Source: a virus. From it: DNA of 44,731 bases. The position numbers and the translations under genes are program-made. The stretch lies in IMG/VR virus record IMGVR_UViG_3300035698_016751. One strand, 5' to 3'. The notes below the pieces were generated by a model that was given only the letters and a program-made list of their open reading frames with translations, was not told the origin of the DNA and did not search any database. Below are positions 35,082 to 43,457 of the stretch, one piece after another (the stretch's first letter is position 1; each line of letters begins with the position of its first letter).

Positions 35082-35474
35082 ATGCTTAACATGACACTTG
35101 CATTGACGGGAAAACGTAGAGAAACCATTTCTGGATTTTTGCGAGAAATTGCAGATGCCATAGACAGTGGCTATAGTTGGAATATACAATCTGAAGATGG
35201 GTCGGCTATAGGTGCCCTTTCCGGTGATGCTATTTCATACGCAATAGTTGGAATTACGGATAAAGGCGAAAGGGTTGTTTTCACTGACCACTATCAATCT
35301 AGGTCACATTGTTTTTCGTCTTGTACGGGTGCCGCTATTGCAGTTGCCAACAATAAAGGAATTGGGGTAGCACCTGATGGAAAAGAACATAAAATCGTTA
35401 GGTTCGTAGTCGAAGATAACGAAGGAAATACCATCTTTCATAGAAGTTCTGAGTTGCTTGTTACGATTAGTTAA
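35082..35474 (+). CDS. hypothetical protein (130 aa)
   Basis: ORF with an AAGGAAAA SD. First gene inside the helicase-splitting insertion. Confidence 0.35.
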   Translation: MLNMTLALTGKRRETISGFLREIADAIDSGYSWNIQSEDGSAIGALSGDAISYAIVGITDKGERVVFTDHYQSRSHCFSSCTGAAIAVANNKGIGVAPDGKEHKIVRFVVEDNEGNTIFHRSSELLVTIS

Positions 35475-35489
35475 GATGTACATGGAGGG
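35468..35489 (+). promoter_or_regulatory. phage-type promoter box TAGTTAAGATGTACATGGAGGG
   Basis: Identical 22-mer to the box at 33975. Overlaps the stop codon of the upstream ORF. Confidence 0.55.
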
Positions 35490-35504
35490 TAAAGGAATAA
35501 AAAC

Positions 35505-35927
35505 ATGAACAGAAATACTTATTGGCGAAAAAGCGGAACGCATCAAAAAATACATAATAGATTGGAAGCATTAATCCCTTCAGAGGGAAGAGCAGATTTC
35601 ACGCACATAGAATTACTGCGATGTGCATCTAATATTTATTATGATTTTTATAATAATGGTGCTGGTAATCTTCATGTCTATAAAGACCAGCTTTTCCTTA
35701 TAAAAAGTTGGGAAGACGAAATCAAAGCGAAAATGCAACAGGGTGTTGACTTTGACAAAATTATTGGGGAATGCATGGAGGATGCAGAGGATGAAAACAG
35801 ACGTTATATTAGTGCCATGCTTGATAACGAAGTATCATCAGTCTATGATGGTTTGGAAAAAGTAATGGATGCTATCATTCTTGTTGTAGAAGAAAAACAG
35901 CAGGAAATTTCAAGGACGACCAATTAA
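35505..35927 (+). CDS. hypothetical protein (140 aa)
   Basis: ORF only. Confidence 0.35.
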   Translation: MNRNTYWRKSGTHQKIHNRLEALIPSEGRADFTHIELLRCASNIYYDFYNNGAGNLHVYKDQLFLIKSWEDEIKAKMQQGVDFDKIIGECMEDAEDENRRYISAMLDNEVSSVYDGLEKVMDAIILVVEEKQQEISRTTN

Positions 35928-35937
35928 GGAAAACTAA

Positions 35938-36186
35938 ATGCCAGTACAAAGAATTGTAAAATACGAAACTTCTGACGGCGAAGAATTCACTGACAAGACC
36001 GAAGCAAATGCGCACGAAGTGGTCATCGAAACCGAAGAGGCTTTGAGGAAGATTTTAATCACTGGTCTTAGCACTGGCCGACTTGATGCTGTTACGAGTG
36101 TCATGGTTCTTAATGCTCCCCTAGTCAGAGATGAATTGAACAGATTCCTCCGAAGGCAACCTACAGCCAAGAAGAAAAGTACATAA
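35938..36186 (+). CDS. hypothetical protein (82 aa)
   Basis: ORF whose stop overlaps the next start (ATAATG). Confidence 0.3.
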   Translation: MPVQRIVKYETSDGEEFTDKTEANAHEVVIETEEALRKILITGLSTGRLDAVTSVMVLNAPLVRDELNRFLRRQPTAKKKST

Positions 36187-37097
36187 TGAGATTACAAGAT
36201 ATAGCAGAAGCAATCAAAAGTGGCGACATGCAGTTTGATTATTGCGGTCATAAAATTCATAATTACCTTTTAGATAATTATGAACGTAATGTTGCTGGTG
36301 CTGCTGGTAAGCTTGATAGTAAATGGGGAAGTGATGCTGCGAATATGCGAAAATTTTTCCAACGTTTCCTAGATGTCGAAATTGAAGAGGGGGAGAGTCT
36401 TGTTGGACTTGTAGATGGAACCGTGTGTTGTGGATGTGGTAAAACTCTATATTGGGTTTTTGAAGGCAAAGCACTTAAACTACAAGAATATTATGCTGAA
36501 GAAACCCCTAACTTGCGTCCTGTTTATCTAAGGGAAAGTTCTTGTCCTTTTGAAATTCCACAACCAACTAAAGGTAAAATAACTATTGCGAGTAGATTAA
36601 TCTTCGCTAATTTTTTCCCATCTATCAAAGATAAAGAAGATTGGGGAGAAGAATGGTCTATAAATAATGATATTGGTCTTGTCAATGTTACCAAATATAA
36701 AGCAGAACGAAATGTTGCTATGGGGCAACTAGGGAATATGCCCTTTGGCGTATTTGTTAGCGAAGATAAAAAATCAATCATCATTGGTAATGGCTCTTTA
36801 GAATCAGAACTTTTAGATGCTATGAGTCCAGAAGAATATAAAGAATATTCTAAAATTGATAAACATGAACCAATGATGATAGAAGGTCATAAACAGATAG
36901 GTGAGTTATGGGCAGCAGTGTGGCGATGGGAGGCAACTGATTTTGATACAATTAAGAATGACTATGATGCGTTGGTAAAACGTATGCCCACGATAGAATT
37001 AGATGTTCCACATGGTGTTTGGGAATTCACCCACTACTACGCCACACGAACCAGTGATAATGAAGATGTCTTCGCTAGGCTAGTCCTCGTTAGTTAA
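36186..37097 (+). CDS. hypothetical protein (303 aa) with a CCGCG motif
   Basis: ORF only. Last gene of the insertion. Confidence 0.4.
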   Translation: MRLQDIAEAIKSGDMQFDYCGHKIHNYLLDNYERNVAGAAGKLDSKWGSDAANMRKFFQRFLDVEIEEGESLVGLVDGTVCCGCGKTLYWVFEGKALKLQEYYAEETPNLRPVYLRESSCPFEIPQPTKGKITIASRLIFANFFPSIKDKEDWGEEWSINNDIGLVNVTKYKAERNVAMGQLGNMPFGVFVSEDKKSIIIGNGSLESELLDAMSPEEYKEYSKIDKHEPMMIEGHKQIGELWAAVWRWEATDFDTIKNDYDALVKRMPTIELDVPHGVWEFTHYYATRTSDNEDVFARLVLVS

Positions 37098-37113
37098 GTT
37101 GTACATGAGAAGG
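37091..37113 (+). promoter_or_regulatory. phage-type promoter box TAGTTAAGTTGTACATGAGAAGG
   Basis: TGTACAT family. Overlaps the upstream stop codon. ATG 37115 follows immediately. Confidence 0.55.
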
Positions 37114-37114
37114 C

Positions 37115-38233
37115 ATGGAGAAATCAACAGGTAGAGCAATAGTAGTGGGCGACCCAAATCAAAGCCTGTATAGGTTTAGGGGTGCTGACGCACAAGCGTT
37201 TCCTCGTATCGCAGAAATGTTGTCCCAATCGAGAGACGTTGTGGAATTGACCTTGCCGACAAATTATCGTTGTGACATCAATGTTATTGACAATGCACAA
37301 AGATGGGTTCCTGACATTAGAGGCAATTCAAAAGCAACTGGCACTGTTGATGAAATCACATTTGGGAAATCCATGACCCGTGCCAATAATAATGGAAAGG
37401 ATATTTCGCTTCCTGATGGAGAAAATAATCAAGAGCGAACGCTTCCTATTCCCGGTAAAGATGAAGTTTCATTCGCATTTCTTTGTCGTGTTAATCTTCC
37501 ATTAATTATCACAGCATATCAGTTAATTGCACAGGGTAAAAGAGTCTGCATTATTGGGCGAACTCAGCTTGGCGGTCCTCTCAAAAGAATCATCACAGAC
37601 CTTTGTGGTTCCAATCCCGCCGTAGCAGGATACACAAATCGAATTAGTGATAGAAGAAAGAAAAATGGCAAAGTGAAAAAAGGTTTGATGTCTCGTCTAG
37701 CACATTACCTTGAAATGCAAAGTCACAAATTATCGGATGAAAAATACGAAAATAAATTAGAAGCATTGCAGCAAAACTGTGAATGCATTGAGGTTATTGC
37801 GACTCGTATCCAAGACGATAAAGTTTCTAGTATCATCGAAGAAATTGACAAGTTATTTACTGAAGAACCAACTCCCGGTGTAATTTCTTTGAGTACAATT
37901 CATAGGTCAAAAGGTCTGGAGTGGGATGTTGTTTTTATTCTTCGCCCTGACCTTCTCCCTCATCCTCGTGCCGAAGGCAAGCCAGAAGAAGAGCAACAAG
38001 AAAATAATTGTTGCTACGTTGCGGCAACACGGGCGAGACATCGTTTGTATTATGTTTCTAATTGGCCATTTGGTTCAGGAAAATCTACCAAAAAATTTGC
38101 CGAGAAGGGAATTAAATCTGATAGTGTTGTTATTTTTGATGAGCCATTTGTACAACCGCCAGTGACAAATATCCAAGACATATTGGGAATAAGTAATATT
38201 ACGGTTTGTGATGATGATAATCGACCTTTCTGA
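37115..38233 (+). CDS. UvrD/PcrA-like SF1 helicase, C-terminal fragment (motifs III to VI)
   Basis: Motif III AIVVGDPNQSLYRFRGAD at the N-terminus, motif V/VI region STIHRSKGLEWDVVFIL and NCCYVAATRARHRLYYV. Confidence 0.65.
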   Translation: MEKSTGRAIVVGDPNQSLYRFRGADAQAFPRIAEMLSQSRDVVELTLPTNYRCDINVIDNAQRWVPDIRGNSKATGTVDEITFGKSMTRANNNGKDISLPDGENNQERTLPIPGKDEVSFAFLCRVNLPLIITAYQLIAQGKRVCIIGRTQLGGPLKRIITDLCGSNPAVAGYTNRISDRRKKNGKVKKGLMSRLAHYLEMQSHKLSDEKYENKLEALQQNCECIEVIATRIQDDKVSSIIEEIDKLFTEEPTPGVISLSTIHRSKGLEWDVVFILRPDLLPHPRAEGKPEEEQQENNCCYVAATRARHRLYYVSNWPFGSGKSTKKFAEKGIKSDSVVIFDEPFVQPPVTNIQDILGISNITVCDDDNRPF

Positions 38234-38245
38234 ATATAAGCTGCG

Positions 38246-38268
38246 TTAGTTAGGTTGTACATGGCAGG
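38246..38268 (+). promoter_or_regulatory. phage-type promoter box GTTAGTTAGGTTGTACATGGCAGGG
   Basis: TGTACAT family, upstream of the sigma-like gene. Confidence 0.5.
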
Positions 38269-38325
38269 GGGCAAGAAGAGTGACTTCTTGAGGCAGTAAG
38301 AGAATTTAAGTAAGGAGTATCGCCT

Positions 38326-39318
38326 TTGTCTAAAAATGCTAAAAATGAATGCCTTCCCTATGTCGAGATGCCGAAGGCACGTAAAGAAGAGTGCGCACGG
38401 ATTATAACTGAGGGCAATCTTCTTTTGAAGAAACTTCATAAGCAGGCAACATCGAGTATGTCAAGGGCAAAGTTCTTGATTGCACTGTTAGCAAAATTAG
38501 AAGATGGGTTTTGTGATGCTAATGGTAATATCCCTAAGATTCCTGTTGCCGTGAAGATTCATGGCGTTAGAATCAATAAAGGGGATGTTGTTAAAATTCT
38601 GACTGTTAAGAATTTGGAGTGGGATATCCTTTGCAGCATGAGTAATTTCTTGAAGCAATTGGTCAACAAGACGTATCTTAATCCTTATAACATCGTTGAG
38701 TGGAATGACCTTTATAACGAAGCAATGACTGCGGCTGTTGAGGCTATCCATTATTATACTAAACCCGATACAAAGGTTATTACTTATGTCGGAGAAGCGG
38801 TTCGGAGACATCTGTTTAATGTAGTTCAAAAAGATGCTCCGATGGCTGGTGTTAGTCGCCAATCAAGAGATTTGATGTCTAAATTCGCCAAAGCAAAACG
38901 TGAAGCAGAACAGAAAGTAGGACATCCTGTTGGCTTTGACGAATTGGTGAAAAAGTTGGAATTGAATCCTCGTCAATGCAAAACACTAACAAATATGCTG
39001 GTGCGTGTAGTTGAGGAACAGGCGTTGAATATGTCAGATGACAAAACTGCCAATGATTATACATCTACGGCGAAAAACAATAACAGACCTGTTCTTGAGC
39101 TTGACCAGCAAGAAGCAATTGCCAAAGCAAACTTGAATCCGTGGGAAACGGATGTACTGGTTGCCTTTTTGGAATCGTCACCGGGAACAACTGGGTGGCA
39201 GACCGAAGTAGCAAAACGCCACATCAATCCCGCAACAGGAAAATGTTTCAGCCGAGCCGCACCTGCGATAGCTTTGAAAAGAATTAAAAAGAAAATCAAA
39301 CAGAACTATGCGGCGTAA
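38326..39318 (+). CDS. sigma-70-family-like transcription factor (TTG start)
   Basis: TTG start with AAGGAG at -8. Region-2-like DLYNEAMTAAVEAIHYYTKPDTKVITYVGEAVRRHLFNVV (compare DLIQEG.IGLM.AV.KFD...FSTYA.WWIRQAI). Region-4-like LNPWETDVLVAFLES...ALKRIKKKIK. Confidence 0.5.
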   Translation: MSKNAKNECLPYVEMPKARKEECARIITEGNLLLKKLHKQATSSMSRAKFLIALLAKLEDGFCDANGNIPKIPVAVKIHGVRINKGDVVKILTVKNLEWDILCSMSNFLKQLVNKTYLNPYNIVEWNDLYNEAMTAAVEAIHYYTKPDTKVITYVGEAVRRHLFNVVQKDAPMAGVSRQSRDLMSKFAKAKREAEQKVGHPVGFDELVKKLELNPRQCKTLTNMLVRVVEEQALNMSDDKTANDYTSTAKNNNRPVLELDQQEAIAKANLNPWETDVLVAFLESSPGTTGWQTEVAKRHINPATGKCFSRAAPAIALKRIKKKIKQNYAA

Positions 39319-39525
39319 AGGTAAAGAAAATGTATAAAATTAAAACAATAGACAAGGCGAATGACATTTACTGTATTCAGAAACGAGTATGTTTCATATG
39401 GTGGACATGTCCTTCATTTGGAGTAGGTAGTTGGAAAAAAATGACTCATGCGATAAGTAAAGTCGTATGTATTGGATGTTAGCCACCATCGTCGCATTAA
39501 TTCAGTGAAAGCCGATATAAAATCT

Positions 39526-39550
39526 GATTAGTTAAGGTGTACATCAAAAC
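39526..39550 (+). promoter_or_regulatory. phage-type promoter box GATTAGTTAAGGTGTACATCAAAAC
   Basis: TGTACAT family, 3 bp upstream of ATG 39553. Confidence 0.5.
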
Positions 39551-39552
39551 CC

Positions 39553-40701
39553 ATGAACCAACCTACAGAAATACAAAAGAGCAGGGATAAGGATAACAGA
39601 GAAATCCAAACTCAGTTTACTTTCTTTCCGAAGGATAGTATTCCTCCATCTGCCGCAGACCGAACTTGGCGAGTAAGCCGGGAGAATCCTTCCTGCCCTC
39701 TGGGTCAATTTATCGGAAATGATTCTGCAATACAGAGATTGGGAAGAGCAGCATTTTCCGCAATGGGTAGATATAATCATTGTTGTAGCGATATGTCGTT
39801 TGCCCTGTTAGGTCCAGCATCTACAGGTAAAACAACTCTCGCACGATTGTTTGCGAAAACAATAGATATTCCTTTTGTGGAAATTAGTCCGAAATCCGTT
39901 TCTAAGCCGCAGGATGTTTTGATAAAAATTTCGGAAGTATGTGATACTTCATTAGTCGAAACTCCCAATGGGACATATTCTTTGGAATTGGTCAGAGTGG
40001 CACCAGCCGATGGTTCACCACCCTCTCCAAAACAAAATTATTTTTGGTTGCCGCCCATGGTGGTATTTCTTGATGAAGTCCATGCATTGAATAGTTCTAT
40101 AATTCAGTCGTTGTTGAAAGCTACCGAGAAATCAGATTCTATTTTTGATACAGGCGATTGGATTGTCAATACAAGCAATGTTTGCTGGATGATTGCGACG
40201 ACCGACAGAGGGAAATTGTTCGATGCGTTTGACACTCGTTTTTCAAAGATTTTCCTTGATTTGTATTCCACTGAAGAGATGGCTCAAATTATTCAGGTGG
40301 CAAATAAGGATTTAGATTTTAAGGTATGTGAGTTGGTTGCTCATTATGGTGGTAGAGTGCCGAGAGAAGCGTTGGCGTTCGCTACTGAAATGAAACTTGA
40401 ACGTGAAATGAGTCCTAATGATTCATGGGAAGATATCGCTAGTCGAATTGCAGAAGAAAGTGGTATCGACCAATTTGGAATGACTTATCAGCGAGTGAAT
40501 ATTTTGAGGTCGCTGGTAGATGGACCAGTTTCAAAATCGAATCTGGCATTGAAAGTAGGTTGCAAGGAAGAAGAGTTGATTAAATATACTATCCCTCCGT
40601 TGCTTACAGTGTCAAAAAACCAACCGCCGCTGATTCAGGTTAACAGTCGTGGATATGCGATTACGGACGCTGGAATAACTGAACTGCAAAAGAGACAGTA
40701 A
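39553..40701 (+). CDS. RuvB-like AAA+ ATPase (Holliday-junction branch-migration helicase-like)
   Basis: Walker A LLGPASTGKTTLA, Walker B VVFLDEVHAL, sensor 1 IATTDRG, RGTPRIA-like GRVPREA. A C-terminal winged-helix segment is collinear with the RuvB domain III. Confidence 0.6.
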   Translation: MNQPTEIQKSRDKDNREIQTQFTFFPKDSIPPSAADRTWRVSRENPSCPLGQFIGNDSAIQRLGRAAFSAMGRYNHCCSDMSFALLGPASTGKTTLARLFAKTIDIPFVEISPKSVSKPQDVLIKISEVCDTSLVETPNGTYSLELVRVAPADGSPPSPKQNYFWLPPMVVFLDEVHALNSSIIQSLLKATEKSDSIFDTGDWIVNTSNVCWMIATTDRGKLFDAFDTRFSKIFLDLYSTEEMAQIIQVANKDLDFKVCELVAHYGGRVPREALAFATEMKLEREMSPNDSWEDIASRIAEESGIDQFGMTYQRVNILRSLVDGPVSKSNLALKVGCKEEELIKYTIPPLLTVSKNQPPLIQVNSRGYAITDAGITELQKRQ

Positions 40702-40727
40702 GGTTAGTTAGCATGTACATAAGAGGT
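40702..40727 (+). promoter_or_regulatory. phage-type promoter box GGTTAGTTAGCATGTACATAAGAGG
   Basis: TGTACAT family. Drives the GC-rich unit that follows. Confidence 0.5.
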
Positions 40728-40920
40728 TCCGAGGACGAAAGCACGCTAAGCCAAGTGCGAGGCCGTGCAGTACGGTGGCCGCTGCTTGAAATGCGACCTA
40801 ACCAACGGACCCACCCCTCCCGGCGAATGCCGGGAGTCGTTGAGGTAGAGTTAGCCGCCAGATATAAACAAAAAAGGTTTGTCGCCAACGAGGAATCAAT
40901 TGTGGTTCCTCGTTGCCTTT
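40728..40920 (+). ncRNA. candidate structured non-coding RNA (GC-rich, about 190 nt, promoter-to-terminator unit)
   Basis: A sharply GC-rich island between two promoter boxes, with internal hairpins such as CCCGGCGAATGCCGGG. It ends in a 10-bp stem CAACGAGGAA/TTCCTCGTTG plus a T-rich tail at 40891-40920. Confidence 0.35.
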
Positions 40921-40928
40921 AAGTTTGC

Positions 40929-40950
40929 TTTAGTTAGTATGTACATCCCA
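40929..40950 (+). promoter_or_regulatory. phage-type promoter box TTTAGTTAGTATGTACATCCCA
   Basis: TGTACAT family, 24 bp upstream of ATG 40974. Confidence 0.5.
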
Positions 40951-40973
40951 GTTACAGTTAGGAGACAAAAAAC

Positions 40974-41885
40974 ATGGCTGGATTTAAACAACAAGCAATT
41001 AGAGAAGATATTACGAATCGAATCATTACTTCTCTAAAAGATGGAAAAGTGCCTTGGCGTAAGCCTTGGTCCGCAGACCCAAACTGTGGAGCATCCCGAA
41101 ACATTATCAGTAAAAATGCATACCGTGGAATCAATCCTTTCCTTTTGGAAATCGCTGACCACAGATGCCAGTGGTGGGGAACATACAAGCAATTCAAGGG
41201 ATTGGGTGGTCAGGTTAAGAAGGGTGAAAAGGGAACTAAAATTGTTTATTGGAAGAGTTTTGATAAAGAACCAGATGCCAATGGAAAGGTAAAAAAGGCT
41301 TTCTTTATCCGGTTCTACACCGTCTTCAATTTGGACCAAGTAGAAGGTGGAGAAAAGCTTGAAAAATTCCGTCCTAAAGAAGAAGACCTTGATAACGTTA
41401 ACTTTGGAAGTGATGATGCGTTTAAATCTTTTGATGAAATAATTGATGCTACTAAAGCGGACATTCGCTTTGGCGGGAACAAGGCTTATTATAAAAGAGC
41501 CAGTGGACCTACGTGGCCGAAGCATACAGATGGAGATTATATTACTTGTCCTCATCGTAGACAATTCCCTGATATGAGGGAATGGTACGATACGATATTC
41601 CATGAATTAGCTCACTGGTCAGAAATTCGTTTGAAATGGGATGGTTCGTATGCGATGGGAGAATTGATTGCTGAAATTTCGGCATGTTTCATTCCTCCGT
41701 CAGTGGGACTCCCGGTTAGTGATAACATGGAGAATCACAATCGTTATCTGGCAAGTTGGCTTGAGAAAATGAAGGATGACCCAAAGTTTATCTTTAGGGC
41801 AGCGTCACAAGCACAGAAAGTGTCAGATTATGTTCTTCATTTCAGTCATCCTGAAATTGAATGGAAAGAAGAAGAGGACGAATAA
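40974..41885 (+). CDS. ArdC-like anti-restriction protein (ssDNA-binding N-domain plus zincin metalloprotease domain)
   Basis: ArdC-N signature VPWRKPWSADPNCGASRNIISKNAYRGINPFLL. C-terminal HExxH in IFHELAHWSE. Confidence 0.6.
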   Translation: MAGFKQQAIREDITNRIITSLKDGKVPWRKPWSADPNCGASRNIISKNAYRGINPFLLEIADHRCQWWGTYKQFKGLGGQVKKGEKGTKIVYWKSFDKEPDANGKVKKAFFIRFYTVFNLDQVEGGEKLEKFRPKEEDLDNVNFGSDDAFKSFDEIIDATKADIRFGGNKAYYKRASGPTWPKHTDGDYITCPHRRQFPDMREWYDTIFHELAHWSEIRLKWDGSYAMGELIAEISACFIPPSVGLPVSDNMENHNRYLASWLEKMKDDPKFIFRAASQAQKVSDYVLHFSHPEIEWKEEEDE

Positions 41886-42226
41886 TGTGGCCAACCAAAA
41901 GTATATCGTATCTTGCTAAAAAACTGTTTGGATGGACATGGGTTGAAAATGACCGAGAACCGGGAGACCCATTTCATTATTATTGGGAAGATAGCAAAGG
42001 ACAACCACAAGCTCCTTGGGATGTTCTTAATGTCCGTGATATGAAGTTAGTTAAAGCAATGCATAAGAGGGGATGGAATTTAACTGTCACATGGGATTCA
42101 AATGAATGGCCTATTGTTGAATGGCAAAATGAATCAAGTAAATTTACAGTTTGCCTTGAGGATTTTGCCCGATGCATTTACGCTTGTACCATTAAGGCAT
42201 TGAGGTCAACAAAGGCGTTTAGTTAG
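41885..42226 (+). CDS. hypothetical protein (Trp-rich, 113 aa from ATG 41885)
   Basis: ATG overlaps the ArdC stop (TAATG). Ends in TAG inside the next promoter box. Confidence 0.35.
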   Translation: MWPTKSISYLAKKLFGWTWVENDREPGDPFHYYWEDSKGQPQAPWDVLNVRDMKLVKAMHKRGWNLTVTWDSNEWPIVEWQNESSKFTVCLEDFARCIYACTIKALRSTKAFS

Positions 42227-42240
42227 TATGTACAAGGAAT
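42218..42240 (+). promoter_or_regulatory. phage-type promoter box GTTTAGTTAGTATGTACAAGGAA
   Basis: TGTACAT family, 4 bp upstream of ATG 42244. Confidence 0.5.
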
Positions 42241-42243
42241 AAT

Positions 42244-42438
42244 ATGGCAACAGCAGAAGAAAAATCAGTCAGGCGGTTCACAGGCAATGGAGATGTGCTG
42301 TGCGATTTCAACTGTGCCTTTAATAAGATAGTTGATGACACAACCGGATTCTGCCTTTTGTATCGCAAGCGGTTGGCTTACGTGGACACAGGCAATAATG
42401 AAATTTGCAAAAGATGCCTACAATGCAGGGGAGAATAA
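42244..42438 (+). CDS. small Cys-rich protein (64 aa)
   Basis: CDFNC...CKRCLQC, possibly a zinc-binding protein. Confidence 0.3.
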   Translation: MATAEEKSVRRFTGNGDVLCDFNCAFNKIVDDTTGFCLLYRKRLAYVDTGNNEICKRCLQCRGE

Positions 42439-42488
42439 GAAATGGAATTACTAATAATACCTTTGATGATTTTGTTGTATGAGGCGGG

Positions 42489-42731
42489 TTGTTGGACAGC
42501 GAGGATAAAATGGAAGACCTAATAAGAGCATTTCAAATATTTTTAAAGTATGGTAATCCCGAATTACCTACTCATTGCGAACACCATGTGATGCTGGTTA
42601 GTATCTGTCCAGATATTGTATCCAAGGAAGACAAAGATAAACTTAAAGAATTGGGATTTGACCCATTAAACTTTGAGTTTCAATCTTTTAAATTCGGAGA
42701 AAGCGACCACGAGACAGATTGCGCTTTGTAG
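42489..42731 (+). CDS. hypothetical protein (80 aa)
   Basis: ORF only. Confidence 0.3.
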   Translation: MLDSEDKMEDLIRAFQIFLKYGNPELPTHCEHHVMLVSICPDIVSKEDKDKLKELGFDPLNFEFQSFKFGESDHETDCAL

Positions 42732-43186
42732 GAAAACAAATGAATAAAAACGACTTTAGACAATCCACTATCGAATTCTGTTGTGATGCTTCTCATGTCA
42801 TGAAAGAAGGGCAAGAAAAACATTTTATTCGATGTGAAGATGCGGACCACCCAGCAAATCAGGTTGACTGTTCAGGTGCAAAAGTATATATTGGGCAATT
42901 GAAGAATGCTAATTGCAGTGAATTCAAAAAGTTCGTTGTATTTATTGACATTGGCAGAGAAGATGGAGAAGTTGCCGGAATATGTTCTGATAAAACAAAA
43001 AAAGAATGTACAAAAGCATTTTCTTTTGGTATGCTTTATAGTCAAAATACTCCTTCTGTTTGGTACAGGTCTTTTCGTGACCTTCGTGGATATGACAAGT
43101 CTCGTCCTCTTCTAACTGAAGCACAGAAGGAAGAATCGCAAAAGCGTGGTCTTATGATGATTGCGGCGATGGCTGGTGTTGCTTAA
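42719..43186 (+). CDS. hypothetical Cys-containing protein (155 aa)
   Basis: ORF only. Confidence 0.35.
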   Translation: MRFVGKQMNKNDFRQSTIEFCCDASHVMKEGQEKHFIRCEDADHPANQVDCSGAKVYIGQLKNANCSEFKKFVVFIDIGREDGEVAGICSDKTKKECTKAFSFGMLYSQNTPSVWYRSFRDLRGYDKSRPLLTEAQKEESQKRGLMMIAAMAGVA

Positions 43187-43448
43187 AATGAAAATGATTG
43201 AAAAAACCGTTGTGAGGCATCAGGGAACATCAGACAAGTACCCTCGTTATCGTATTGTCCGTGAATATTATTGGGTAAATGATGAGATAATAGTGGGCGA
43301 TGATGAACTGGCAGATATGGAATTGCTTGATGAAGTATATTGGACGGGAGACAGTGAAAACCAATGGTCCGACAATATAGGAAAAGCAATCCTGTATACG
43401 AAACTTGCAGAAGCAGTAGAAGATAGAAACAACATTGTAAACTTATGA
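43161..43448 (+). CDS. hypothetical protein (95 aa)
   Basis: ORF only. The start may be ATG 43188. Confidence 0.3.
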   Translation: MRRWLVLLKMKMIEKTVVRHQGTSDKYPRYRIVREYYWVNDEIIVGDDELADMELLDEVYWTGDSENQWSDNIGKAILYTKLAEAVEDRNNIVNL

Positions 43449-43457
43449 AATAATGTT

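Noticed and set aside
40713-40922. ORF 40713..40922 (69 aa, Arg/Pro-rich) as a protein-coding gene.
   Set aside because: Its ATG is inside the promoter box (GCATGTACAT), there is no SD, and the translation is low-complexity sequence driven by GC-rich DNA. The region fits a structured RNA better.
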